From a virus (Duplodnaviria; Heunggongvirae; Uroviricota; Caudoviricetes), in the IMG/VR virus record IMGVR_UViG_3300032327_000093, positions 69,215 to 88,423 of that record: 19,209 bases of DNA; one strand, written 5' to 3'. The translations under genes were made by a program, and so were the position numbers. A model generated the notes under the pieces. That model did not search any database, was not told where the DNA came from, and saw only the letters and a list, made by a program, of their open reading frames with translations. Of this stretch, positions 1 to 8,467 are shown piece after piece; the first letter of the stretch is position 1; every line of letters begins with the position of its first letter.

Positions 1-2
1 GA

Positions 3-1625
3 AACAAAGACAAAATAGCAGAAGGTTACTACCCAATGGGCAAAAAAGCTAGTTATAGTGATGCTGTACCTAGTGTAAAGATTGTTATTGAACATAGCCG
101 TGTCATTGAAGAAGGTGAACAACGCTATCGTAATATCAATAGGATATTCCTAGAGAATCAATTAGGTGAAAGATATCTACTTGATACTAAGAAGCCTGGT
201 ATTGCCCGTGTATATGCTAGACATATCGCTGAAGGTGGCAAAGTCAATGATGACCGTTGGAGTCACATTGGTAGTCTTTGTGAAGAATATCAAAAGATGG
301 CTGGATTCGTCCGTGCTACACGCAATGGTCAGTTCAATGAATCAGCACAATCATTAGTCAATGAAGGTATCGCGCACTACGCAAGTCTACGTGAATCATT
401 GAGCCGTATGACTGGTAAGCGTGGTTACAACGCTTACTTTGAAAACTGGACACCATCATTGATGGAAGATGGAACAGAAGAAACTAATCTAAATGAATTG
501 TTTGTACAAGAGACATTAGACCCACGCATTGAAAGTGTAATGCCGATATTGAATAGAATACACAAGAAAGTTGCTGAGTCAGTCGTTGACAAAGAATTGA
601 ACAAGTTAGCAGAGTGGGCTGATAGTCTAGTCGAAGAAGAAAGTATTAAATCTAACAATCCAGTCGGTATTCCTGAAGAAAACGATGCAGAAAGTTTTGG
701 CGGATTTGCTGAAAGTGAAGGTAGACAAGAAATTGGTCAAATGATGGCTGATGATGGCATAACATATAGTGCAGAAAAAGAAAATGAAATCATTAGTAAG
801 ATGGTTGAGTATATGAAAAAATCTGGAATGGATTCAAAACAGATTCGTTATCTATTGAACTATGACGAAGATTATATTGCCGATCAGTTAAGCTACTTAC
901 CAAAAGAAGGAATGGATGAAAGTGCATTACAAGCATACTTGGGCGATAAGAAGTATGGTAAAGATGGTATGGATGCATTACGAAAAGCAGGACGTGAACA
1001 TGCCGGTAAAGAAAAAATGCAAAACATTCGTGCTAAATTTAGTAACAAAGAAGAAGAAGTTGACGAAGGTCTTGATGCTAACCAAAAGCGTGTAGGTCAA
1101 TTAGGCCCAACAGAGAAGGTTGGTAAAAAAGGTGCAGTAGGTAAACTAGTTGGTGCTAATGAAAACTTTATTAACTCTACTTCACAGGCAGTAACAACTG
1201 AAGAAGATGAAATGGATGAAGGTACTCATACACAACATGATAGAGACTTGAATCCAAATGATTATGATCGTCCTAATACAGATTTTAGTAGAGATCCTAT
1301 TGAAGCTGGGACAGACAGAATACACCAAAAGATATCAAATATGTTGAAGAAGTTGTCTAAGCCAGAAGATAAGCCATTAGATAAGAATAAGACTAGTCTT
1401 GGTAGTACTGTACTAGATGAAATGGACAAGAGCCAAACACCTCCGGGTCGTGACGGTGATCCTCGTCCTGGTCCAGACAAAGAAGCAAAGACAATAACAA
1501 AAGAAAAAATGGTCAAACACGCTAGTGACATTCTTAGTAAATCAATGGCTAAAAAAGATGACAAGAAAGATGTAAAAGAAGGACAAGATGACCTAGACGC
1601 TATTCTAAGAATCATTAGAAAGTAA
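3..1625 (+). CDS. Acidic, low-complexity putative virion/head protein, 5'-truncated
   Basis: The frame is open from base 3 (NKDKIAEGYYPMGKK...), so ATG 36 is probably internal. The N-terminal half looks globular and the C-terminal half is D/E/K-rich with many hydrophobic-X-Glu motifs. The structural role is inference. Confidence 0.6.
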   Translation, partial: NKDKIAEGYYPMGKKASYSDAVPSVKIVIEHSRVIEEGEQRYRNINRIFLENQLGERYLLDTKKPGIARVYARHIAEGGKVNDDRWSHIGSLCEEYQKMAGFVRATRNGQFNESAQSLVNEGIAHYASLRESLSRMTGKRGYNAYFENWTPSLMEDGTEETNLNELFVQETLDPRIESVMPILNRIHKKVAESVVDKELNKLAEWADSLVEEESIKSNNPVGIPEENDAESFGGFAESEGRQEIGQMMADDGITYSAEKENEIISKMVEYMKKSGMDSKQIRYLLNYDEDYIADQLSYLPKEGMDESALQAYLGDKKYGKDGMDALRKAGREHAGKEKMQNIRAKFSNKEEEVDEGLDANQKRVGQLGPTEKVGKKGAVGKLVGANENFINSTSQAVTTEEDEMDEGTHTQHDRDLNPNDYDRPNTDFSRDPIEAGTDRIHQKISNMLKKLSKPEDKPLDKNKTSLGSTVLDEMDKSQTPPGRDGDPRPGPDKEAKTITKEKMVKHASDILSKSMAKKDDKKDVKEGQDDLDAILRIIRK

Positions 1626-1644
1626 AGGGTAAATTACCCATCAA

Positions 1645-1669
1645 AAACCTCACTTAAAAAGTGAGGTTT
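1645..1669 (+). terminator. 10-bp stem-loop after the acidic protein gene (terminator-like or RNA-processing hairpin)
   Basis: AAACCTCACT-TAAAA-AGTGAGGTTT is a perfect inverted repeat with only a short U run. A second palindrome, GGGTAA-A-TTACCC, lies at 1627-1639. Confidence 0.55.
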
Positions 1670-1680
1670 GCCATAACAAT

Positions 1681-1688
1681 GATAAATA
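1681..1688 (+). promoter_or_regulatory. T4-type late promoter-like element (GATAAATA)
   Basis: One mismatch to the T4 late consensus TATAAATA. The same octamer recurs intergenically at 13467 (+) and 17954-17961 (-). Confidence 0.5.
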
Positions 1689-1691
1689 CTA

Positions 1692-1720
1692 TTGACAGGA
1701 CGAGAAAGTATTGCTATACT
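1692..1720 (+). promoter_or_regulatory. sigma70-type promoter for the gp32-like gene
   Basis: TTGACA (1692-1697), 17 nt, TATACT (1715-1720), with an extended -10 TG at 1712-1713. Confidence 0.75.
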
Positions 1721-1801
1721 TACTCATCGTGTTAGTTACTTCATGGTGAAGTAGCGAATTAAAAAAAACGAGACCATCTCAAATTTATAAGGAATATTTA
1801 T

Positions 1802-2809
1802 ATGGCATCATTAGCAGACATCCGCGCACGTATCGCAGCGCAAGACACAAAATCAAACAACAAGGGTTCAAACACCCAATCAGATAATTCTATCTACCCT
1901 CACTGGAACATGGACGAAGGCACTACTGCTAGTATTCGTTTCTTGCCAGATGGTGATACAAAGAACGAATTCTTCTGGGTAGAAAAACAAATCATCAAAC
2001 TTACATTTAATGGAGTCAAGGGTGACAGCAACGCAAAACAAGTAGTCGTTCAAGTTCCATGTGTTGAAATGTACAACGATGGTTCAACTTGTCCTATCTT
2101 GGCTGAGGTTCGTCCTTGGTACAAAGACGAGACATTGAAAGAAATGGCTAACAAGTATTGGAAAAAGCGTAGTTACATTTTCCAAGGCTTTGTACGTCAA
2201 AACCCACTTGGTGATGACAAGACTCCAGCGAATCCAATTCGTAGATTCGTTATCAGTCCACAAATCATCCCAATCATTAAGAGTGGATTACTTGATCCTG
2301 AAATCATGGAATTGCCTACAGACTATACACGTGGTCTTGACTTCAACATCAAGAAGTCTAGCAAGGGTGGATATGCAGATTACAGTACAAGTAACTGGGC
2401 ACGTAGAGAAACAGCATTGACTGAGGCTGAACAAGCAGCAATTGAAGCACATGGATTGTTCAATCTTAGTGACTTCTTGCCTAAGAAGCCAGGTGAGGCT
2501 GAACTACGCATTATGAAAGAAATGTTTGAAGCATCAGTAGAAGGTGAAGCATACGACAACGCACGTTGGGGACAATACTATCGTCCATGGGGCTTAGATG
2601 CTCCAGCAGGTTCACAAAGTGAATCAGCACCCTTGCCAACTCGCACTGCTCCAGTAGCAGCAACTAATCTACCCGATTGGGAAGGTGACGTTGCAGCAGC
2701 AGAAGCGTCTTTCACTAGTGCTCCTGTAGTTGTTCCATCAGCAAGTCCATCAAGTGACAAAGCACAAGATATTTTAGCGATGATTCGTAGTCGCCAAAAG
2801 ACTGCTTAA
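1802..2809 (+). CDS. gp32: T4 gp32-like single-stranded DNA-binding protein
   Basis: Motifs IRFLPD, CPI, YWKKRSYIFQGFV, G.DFNIKK..KGGYADYSTS.W, an acidic/flexible C-terminus, and a position next to uvsX. Confidence 0.9.
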   Translation: MASLADIRARIAAQDTKSNNKGSNTQSDNSIYPHWNMDEGTTASIRFLPDGDTKNEFFWVEKQIIKLTFNGVKGDSNAKQVVVQVPCVEMYNDGSTCPILAEVRPWYKDETLKEMANKYWKKRSYIFQGFVRQNPLGDDKTPANPIRRFVISPQIIPIIKSGLLDPEIMELPTDYTRGLDFNIKKSSKGGYADYSTSNWARRETALTEAEQAAIEAHGLFNLSDFLPKKPGEAELRIMKEMFEASVEGEAYDNARWGQYYRPWGLDAPAGSQSESAPLPTRTAPVAATNLPDWEGDVAAAEASFTSAPVVVPSASPSSDKAQDILAMIRSRQKTA

Positions 2810-2815
2810 ATCTAT

Positions 2816-2835
2816 ATAGGGGCTACGGCCCCTAT
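2816..2835 (+). other. C(UACG)G tetraloop hairpin between gp32 and the next RBS
   Basis: ATAGGGGC-TACG-GCCCCTAT forms an 8-bp stem with a UNCG-family loop and no downstream U tract. AGGAG follows at 2839-2843. Confidence 0.65.
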
Positions 2836-2849
2836 CTTAGGAGAACACC

Positions 2850-3089
2850 ATGACATTACCAGACGAAAGATACCGTGCCATGAAGCAAGGTAAAAAATTA
2901 TTAGAGGAATTGTGTGATCCTGGTCGTACACCACGTGTACCTAGTTTAATCAGAGATCGTGCAAGAGCCGCTCTAAGACACTATCCGCAAGATTGGGAAA
3001 TTGACTCAATGGCAGAAAAATGTCCTGATATACTTGATAAGTTATCATTCAATGATAGAATATACTTAACAGGCACAAACAACAGATAA
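2850..3089 (+). CDS. Small conserved phage hypothetical protein (MTLPDERYRA..., LRHYP motif)
   Basis: 79-aa ORF with an AGGAG RBS, in the operon between gp32 and uvsX. Confidence 0.75.
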   Translation: MTLPDERYRAMKQGKKLLEELCDPGRTPRVPSLIRDRARAALRHYPQDWEIDSMAEKCPDILDKLSFNDRIYLTGTNNR

Positions 3090-3109
3090 CAAAGAAAGAG
3101 AGATTATCA

Positions 3110-4180
3110 ATGGCAAAACCATTTGATGTAAGCAAGTTCCGTAGAGAAATCACGAAAAGTATCGAAGGACTTAGTATAGGATATAACGATCCAACCGATT
3201 GGATCAGTACAGGAAATTATGGACTCAATTATCTCATTAGCGGTGATTTTAATAAAGGGGTACCTCTTGGTAAAGTTACTGTCTTTGCCGGAGAATCTGG
3301 ATCAGGAAAAAGTTTCATCTGTTCAGGAAACCTAGTAAGACACGCACAACAACAAGGCATCTATGTAGTTCTCATTGATACAGAGAACGCATTAGATGAA
3401 AAGTGGCTACACGCATTAGGTGTAGATACAAGCGAAAGTAAATTGCTTAAACTTAATATGGCTATGATTGATGATGTGGGTAAAACTATATCAGAGTTTA
3501 TGAAGTCATATAAACTAATGTCAGAAGATGACAAGCCTAAGGTATTGTTCATCATTGACAGTCTTGGTATGCTATTGACTCCAACTGACGTTAATCAGTT
3601 TGAAGCAGGTGATATGAAAGGTGACATGGGTCGTAAGCCTAAAGCACTAACAGCACTTGTTCGTAACTGTGTTAATATGTTTGGTAGTCATAATGTAGGA
3701 TTGGTTGCTACTAATCACACATACGCAAGTCAAGATATGTTTGACCCAGATGATAAAATTTCAGGTGGTCAAGGATTCGTTTACGCAAGTAGTATCGTAG
3801 TCGCCATGAAGAAACTCAAACTCAAAGAGGATGAGGATGGTAACAAGGTTGCAGAAGTAAACGGTATCCGTGCTGCTTGTAAGATTATGAAAACACGCTA
3901 TGCGAAACCTTTCGAGAGCATACAAGTCAAGATTCCATACGAGACAGGAATGAGTCCTTACAGCGGCTTGACTGATATGCTTGAGAAGTCTGGCGCATTG
4001 AAGAAAGAAGGCAACAGCTTGGTATACACTACCGAAGATGGTGAGGTTCTTAAAGCGTTTCGTAAAGGCTGGGAAGCAAACAAAGACGGCATACTAGATA
4101 AGGTCATGCTTGAATATACTGGAAAAACTAAAAGCATGATAAGTAATGTAACAACACCTACGGAGGAAGTTACAGAATGA
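3110..4180 (+). CDS. uvsX: UvsX/RecA-like recombinase
   Basis: Walker A FAGESGSGKS, plus IDTENALD, IIDSLGML, NHTY and GGQGFVYASS motifs. Confidence 0.93.
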   Translation: MAKPFDVSKFRREITKSIEGLSIGYNDPTDWISTGNYGLNYLISGDFNKGVPLGKVTVFAGESGSGKSFICSGNLVRHAQQQGIYVVLIDTENALDEKWLHALGVDTSESKLLKLNMAMIDDVGKTISEFMKSYKLMSEDDKPKVLFIIDSLGMLLTPTDVNQFEAGDMKGDMGRKPKALTALVRNCVNMFGSHNVGLVATNHTYASQDMFDPDDKISGGQGFVYASSIVVAMKKLKLKEDEDGNKVAEVNGIRAACKIMKTRYAKPFESIQVKIPYETGMSPYSGLTDMLEKSGALKKEGNSLVYTTEDGEVLKAFRKGWEANKDGILDKVMLEYTGKTKSMISNVTTPTEEVTE

Positions 4181-4419
4181 GTTTAGATACAATCGCTGAA
4201 GTTTGGGAAGCATTACGTGAGCATATTGATTTAAGTGAACGTGATGATGCGGCAGATACACTTGTCAATTTTTTGATTGATAATAACTATGAGATAGAAG
4301 ATATAAAAGATGCCTTCAAAGACAAAGATATCACTAGAGCATTGAAGGGTTACGCCGACGAGCATTTTCCAGAGGAAGATGAAGATTTTGATGAAGAAGA
4401 TTTAGACGAATGGGATTAA
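4177..4419 (+). CDS. Small acidic hypothetical protein
   Basis: ATGA overlap with the uvsX stop; strongly acidic C-terminal tail. Confidence 0.75.
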   Translation: MSLDTIAEVWEALREHIDLSERDDAADTLVNFLIDNNYEIEDIKDAFKDKDITRALKGYADEHFPEEDEDFDEEDLDEWD

Positions 4420-4881
4420 ATGTCAAATTGGTACACAAGGATAACAGTCAATCTGGCTGTGATACCTGATTTTATTCAACACTTTGAAACCGAACTAGAT
4501 AATGCTAAGAAAGAGGTAAAGATATACGGCAATGTTGAAAAGAACATTGCCGCTTTACCCGGCATTACCGAACATAGATTCAATCAGTTACAAGAAGTAG
4601 AAGCGGTACTTAACTACTTGAATATTCAATTACGGAAAATTCGCCGAAAACATTTTCAAAAATATTTAGAAGCGTATAATAGAGCATTGACAAGCCGTGA
4701 CGCTGACAAGTATGTTGAGGGTGAAGATGAAGTTATTGAATATGAAATATTGATTAACGAAGTGGCATTACTTAGAAATCGTTGGCTTGGTATATTAAAG
4801 GGCCTTGAAGCTAAACAGTGGCAGATGGGGCATATCGTGCGGTTACGCACTAGTGGAATGGAAGATATTACAATTGGCTAA
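4420..4881 (+). CDS. uvsY: UvsY-like recombination mediator
   Basis: 153-aa helical protein with Y.E.Y.R.L..RD..KY.EG pattern and C-terminal ILKGLEAKQWQMG.IV.LR..G.ED, typical of UvsY; lies next to uvsX. Confidence 0.8.
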   Translation: MSNWYTRITVNLAVIPDFIQHFETELDNAKKEVKIYGNVEKNIAALPGITEHRFNQLQEVEAVLNYLNIQLRKIRRKHFQKYLEAYNRALTSRDADKYVEGEDEVIEYEILINEVALLRNRWLGILKGLEAKQWQMGHIVRLRTSGMEDITIG

Positions 4882-5725
4882 ATCAAACATAATGACAACT
4901 ATGCAAACGCAGATGAAAAATCTCGCAAAAAATAGTACCTTACCTAAAGTGCAAGTTACTACTCAACCAATCTCTTCCTCACAAAATCATCTGCATACTC
5001 TTTTAGGAATTAATAGTACTACATCTTTTGATGATTTATATAATACTGAATATGTTAAAAAATATGAAGTATTTGAGACCACAGAAGATATACTAGGATT
5101 GAGTGTTACTTGGCACAGAATGCGTCCATTAATCAATGCATCAACTAGTCCCAATATTAGACCAACTAAACTTACTGATAGTATCTTGTTCAAAGAAATA
5201 ATTCAGGAAGATAGAGATAAGGCTGAACGCATCCGTGACTATTACAGCAAGAAACTTATGGTTATAACTTTGCGTGAACAAAGGATAAGTAAATTCAGGA
5301 AAGATTTATCTACCTTCATTCATGGTGATAGTAAAGTAGTCAAAGAAGAATTGATGCCAATAATTTATCGTCTACCTGAATTCTATGATTATGATATAGA
5401 ATTTGATGATATGGTTAGAGAATTGAATACACGATTTGAATTTCCTGAAAACACAAAAGCATGGTCAGGTACAAAAACTCTAAAGCCTATCAAAAAATTT
5501 CTAGTCAAACATAGAATAAACAAATTCTCAGAATACTGGTTGAAAGATGATGACAACAAACTATGCAAGATTGAAGTTCCAATCGACAACAAACTAAATC
5601 ATCTCTGGGAACACTTTTTTGAGCAAGATTCTATTCCCCTAGTAGGGCTTTTTAAGCATATGGAACGTGACGGAATTAGCTATTTTCACCTAAAAAACTG
5701 GGAAATAGACTTTACCAAAACTTGA
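4874..5725 (+). CDS. Hypothetical protein (about 283 aa)
   Basis: In-frame TTG 4874 overlaps the uvsY stop (alternative ATG 4892). The ORF-track start at 4805 lies deep inside uvsY and is unlikely. The stop TGA lies in the -35 box of repeat 1. Confidence 0.7.
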   Translation: MAKSNIMTTMQTQMKNLAKNSTLPKVQVTTQPISSSQNHLHTLLGINSTTSFDDLYNTEYVKKYEVFETTEDILGLSVTWHRMRPLINASTSPNIRPTKLTDSILFKEIIQEDRDKAERIRDYYSKKLMVITLREQRISKFRKDLSTFIHGDSKVVKEELMPIIYRLPEFYDYDIEFDDMVRELNTRFEFPENTKAWSGTKTLKPIKKFLVKHRINKFSEYWLKDDDNKLCKIEVPIDNKLNHLWEHFFEQDSIPLVGLFKHMERDGISYFHLKNWEIDFTKT

Positions 5726-5750
5726 CATTAAATGGTTTTGGGTCTATAAT
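5722..5750 (+). promoter_or_regulatory. Repeat promoter 1 (sigma70 consensus)
   Basis: TTGACA-17-TATAAT followed by AAGGAG and ATG 5781. Confidence 0.9.
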
Positions 5751-5780
5751 AGAGGCTTAGATTGATTAAAGGAGCTAGTT

Positions 5781-6053
5781 ATGACACAAGTTTACGACCG
5801 TTTGACAGAGCAGGAAAAGCGTGAAGTTCGTATGTACGGTGTTACCGTTGCAGGTATGCGTGAAAGTATCGAATCCAGCATCACTTTCAAGTTTTCTGGT
5901 CCTGCTATGATTGCTGCTAGTTTGATGAGTGATGCACAGGAAATGATTAATACCGAGTACGGTGAAGTTGACTATATGCGGGCCGAAGATGCCCGTCAAT
6001 GTCTGAATCGTGCTAAGTGGGTCCTGTTTGAATATGTTATGAAAAAGGATTGA
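5781..6053 (+). CDS. Cassette hypothetical protein (90 aa)
   Basis: Own promoter and RBS; the stop lies inside repeat 2. Confidence 0.8.
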   Translation: MTQVYDRLTEQEKREVRMYGVTVAGMRESIESSITFKFSGPAMIAASLMSDAQEMINTEYGEVDYMRAEDARQCLNRAKWVLFEYVMKKD

Positions 6054-6078
6054 CAACAAATGGTTTCGGGTCTATAAT
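6050..6078 (+). promoter_or_regulatory. Repeat promoter 2
   Basis: TTGACA-ACAAATGGTTTCGGGTC-TATAAT, then CAGGAG and ATG 6112. Confidence 0.9.
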
Positions 6079-6111
6079 GTAATCTTAGACAGTTAAGCAC
6101 AGGAGAACATC

Positions 6112-6447
6112 ATGGATGTACATAAATTGACTAAGACTGAACTATGGGACCTAATTGACAGTTTCGGCCCACAAAATAAAGTTGTGGTTGGAAGTGATAC
6201 TGTGAATATCACCAATCAATATCACAATGTAACATATCCCATACGAACGGAACAGGACCTGTCTCAATTAGATAGGATTGTGGAACTTGATAGTAGCATT
6301 TACCGCAGAAAATACAATCTGGTATTCTGTTATAACGAAGGCCAGCGTGAGCATTTTTTCATCGAGCCTGCGGGACTGAAAAATCACAAAACAAAGTTGG
6401 AAAAATTGCTATACAAAATGTTGGAAAAATTGCTATACAAAAATTGA
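6112..6447 (+). CDS. Cassette hypothetical protein (111 aa) with a duplicated C-terminal octapeptide
   Basis: RBS CAGGAG; ends LEKLLYKM-LEKLLYKN; the stop lies inside repeat 3. Confidence 0.75.
   Translation: MDVHKLTKTELWDLIDSFGPQNKVVVGSDTVNITNQYHNVTYPIRTEQDLSQLDRIVELDSSIYRRKYNLVFCYNEGQREHFFIEPAGLKNHKTKLEKLLYKMLEKLLYKN
6396..6442 (+). repeat. 24-bp-period tandem duplication
   Basis: GTTGGAAAAATTGCTATACAAAA is identical at 6396-6418 and 6420-6442. Confidence 0.9.
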
Positions 6448-6472
6448 CATTAAATGGTTTTGGGTATATAAT
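6444..6472 (+). promoter_or_regulatory. Repeat promoter 3
   Basis: TTGACA-17-TATAAT; 48 nt identical to repeat 4. Confidence 0.9.
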
Positions 6473-6502
6473 CTAGTCTTAGATTGATTAAAGGAGCACA
6501 AA

Positions 6503-6889
6503 ATGGGATACAGTGATTGGCAAGCATCGGCAAAGATAGAGGACATGGTTGGCAAGGTGTTCACTTCGGTAACACAAGATTGTGATGTGATGGTGTTCGA
6601 GAACGCAACCGAACGCTTTGTGTTCTTCCACTACCAAGACTGTTGCGAAAGTGTGTCCATCGAGGACATCTGCGGTGACCTGCAGGACTTGGTGGGAGAA
6701 CCTTTGTTGATCGCTGAGGAAGTTTCAGGTGAGACTCCTGTAGATTTCAACGAAATGGACCATGAGAGTGTGACTTGGACCTTCTACAAGTTCGCTACCC
6801 GCAAGGGCTATGTGGATGTTCGTTGGTTGGGCGAGTCTAACGGCTACTACTCAGAAGGTGTAAGCCTGGGTCGTGAGTTGGTTGCTTGA
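6503..6889 (+). CDS. Widespread phage hypothetical family (H.QDCCE.V.IEDI.GDL ... TWTFYK ... G.SNGYYSE motifs)
   Basis: The motif pattern is recognisable as a common phage DUF (from memory DUF7448-like, not searched); RBS AAGGAG. Confidence 0.75.
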   Translation: MGYSDWQASAKIEDMVGKVFTSVTQDCDVMVFENATERFVFFHYQDCCESVSIEDICGDLQDLVGEPLLIAEEVSGETPVDFNEMDHESVTWTFYKFATRKGYVDVRWLGESNGYYSEGVSLGRELVA

Positions 6890-6914
6890 CATTAAATGGT
6901 TTTGGGTATATAAT
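6886..6914 (+). promoter_or_regulatory. Repeat promoter 4
   Basis: TTGACA-17-TATAAT, then CGGAG and ATG 6944. Confidence 0.9.
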
Positions 6915-6943
6915 CTAGTCTTAGATTGATTAACGGAGCAAAT

Positions 6944-7318
6944 ATGTCTGAATTCACTACTTGGGAACAAATGTCTAAACTGGAACAGGCGCAAGCCATC
7001 TTCTGGGATATGTACAAGGATGCCTACGGTGTTCGCCCGCGCGGTATGGATACATCCGCTTGGGACGAGGCTACCTTTGAAGCCGAGTTAAACTACCTGC
7101 AGGACTTGATTGCCAAGAACGAGCAAGAGCGCAAGATCGCCGAACACGAGGCTGCACATGCCTTTGAAATGCGAGTGCAGAGCATCATAGACTGCGGTGC
7201 TCATAATCGTGCTATGGCCCTGCGTTGGATTCACGAGGCAGAAGGTTCTAATGGTGATGACGAGTATCTTTGCTACTTGGTTGGATTGCCCTATGCTTAT
7301 TTCAAGAAGGTTGCATAA
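6944..7318 (+). CDS. Conserved T4-like phage hypothetical protein (D.YKDAYGVRPR motif)
   Basis: ATG 6944 sits behind the GGAG RBS; the ORF-track TTG 6926 lies inside the repeat leader. Confidence 0.8.
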   Translation: MSEFTTWEQMSKLEQAQAIFWDMYKDAYGVRPRGMDTSAWDEATFEAELNYLQDLIAKNEQERKIAEHEAAHAFEMRVQSIIDCGAHNRAMALRWIHEAEGSNGDDEYLCYLVGLPYAYFKKVA

Positions 7319-7599
7319 TGAACACATATAATATACACGATGATCCAGCTGCATTTTATGACGAGAAGTACATCGGCAAGGTGCTGATGCTGCACCCGGC
7401 CGAGTGTGTGTTTGAACTAGACGCACCTCGGAAGATTATGCAACGGTTGTCGGTTAGACCTATAACGGAGTGGCACATGGCCGAGCATGGTGATGAATTC
7501 AGAGAATGCTGGCATCAGAGCGAAATGTATTGTCCGCATGAAGGCATTGATAGACTGGCCGAGTGTGGTGTAAAAAGTTTAGATTGGGAATTAGCATAA
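7318..7599 (+). CDS. Hypothetical protein (93 aa)
   Basis: TAATG overlap with the upstream gene; in frame with the track ORF 7270-7599. Confidence 0.65.
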   Translation: MNTYNIHDDPAAFYDEKYIGKVLMLHPAECVFELDAPRKIMQRLSVRPITEWHMAEHGDEFRECWHQSEMYCPHEGIDRLAECGVKSLDWELA

Positions 7600-7730
7600 T
7601 GTATAGAGTTGGCGATTTGATTTTTCGTACGCTGGAAGCACTTTGCATCTATGTCGCAGAACATAGGGGTGAAGATTTTACAATTGAATGGATTACTGAG
7701 TATACACTCGGTGACCCGATGGAGCAATAA
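7599..7730 (+). CDS. Small hypothetical protein, 43 aa, below the ORF-track cut-off (MYRVGDLIFRTLEALCIYVAEHRGEDFTIEWITEYTLGDPMEQ)
   Basis: TAATG overlap at 7597-7601; exactly fills the gap to the next start; its 3' end supplies the GGAG RBS for ATG 7732. Confidence 0.6.
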   Translation: MYRVGDLIFRTLEALCIYVAEHRGEDFTIEWITEYTLGDPMEQ

Positions 7731-7731
7731 A

Positions 7732-7950
7732 ATGGTACGTAGTTTTAATTTTGATGTGGTACAGCGTGAAACCGCTGACGGTCACACACGGATAACTGAA
7801 GGCGCTTATTGGTACAACGAAGCACAAAAAATGGCTCGGAAGGGTACTGCTAAGTTGGTAATGAACAATAAGAGTTTTGCTGGTTACGGTGGATCCACTG
7901 ACGTTGGTTATACACGGTATAATTATACTGTGACTGAGGTCCTTGGTTGA
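7732..7950 (+). CDS. Hypothetical protein (72 aa)
   Basis: GGAG at 7721-7724 then ATG 7732; the stop lies inside repeat 5. Confidence 0.7.
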   Translation: MVRSFNFDVVQRETADGHTRITEGAYWYNEAQKMARKGTAKLVMNNKSFAGYGGSTDVGYTRYNYTVTEVLG

Positions 7951-7975
7951 CATTAAATGGTTTTGGGTATATAAT
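7947..7975 (+). promoter_or_regulatory. Repeat promoter 5
   Basis: TTGACA-17-TATAAT; 44 nt identical to repeat 7. Confidence 0.9.
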
Positions 7976-8008
7976 AGAGTCTTATTCAGTTAATTAAAGG
8001 ACTAGAAA

Positions 8009-8275
8009 ATGGCTAAAAAAATCTCTATCAAAGTTTTCGCAGACCCAGGTCATGCATGGGCCCGCTTCCCCAAAGCAAAGTTGGTGGCGCTTGGTATCGC
8101 CGATAAGATTAGTCCTTACAGCTACCAGAACGGCACCAATGCTTTCTTGGAAGAAGACTGCGACCTGTCATTACTGGTTCGTGCTCTCATTGAGCGTGGC
8201 TATGAGATTAAATTCAACGAAAGCCATGCTAATAAGCAAAGCAAAATCCGCAATTATTCTACATATCGGGCTTAA
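8009..8275 (+). CDS. Small phage/mobile-element protein with D-P-G-H-x-W and Y-LEED-C-D-type motifs
   Basis: RBS AAGGA; ADPGHAW and FLEEDCD motifs of a common uncharacterised family. Confidence 0.8.
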   Translation: MAKKISIKVFADPGHAWARFPKAKLVALGIADKISPYSYQNGTNAFLEEDCDLSLLVRALIERGYEIKFNESHANKQSKIRNYSTYRA

Positions 8276-8278
8276 TAT

Positions 8279-8467
8279 ATGAAAATGCGTAAACACAAGG
8301 TAAACAAAGTCCGATGCAGCCGTCAAGCCTGGGTGGATAATGGTGCATGGTCCTACTATAACCGCCGCTTCGAACTGAGCATCCTTAAGGTTCGGGCCGA
8401 GCGTGAAGCCTATATGAATGCCTGGCGTGAGTCTCAAATTCCAACTGAAGTTGTTCTACCGGCTTGA
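8279..8467 (+). CDS. Small basic hypothetical protein (62 aa)
   Basis: Fills the gap and its stop falls inside repeat 6 like the other cassettes; RBS is weak. Confidence 0.6.
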   Translation: MKMRKHKVNKVRCSRQAWVDNGAWSYYNRRFELSILKVRAEREAYMNAWRESQIPTEVVLPA

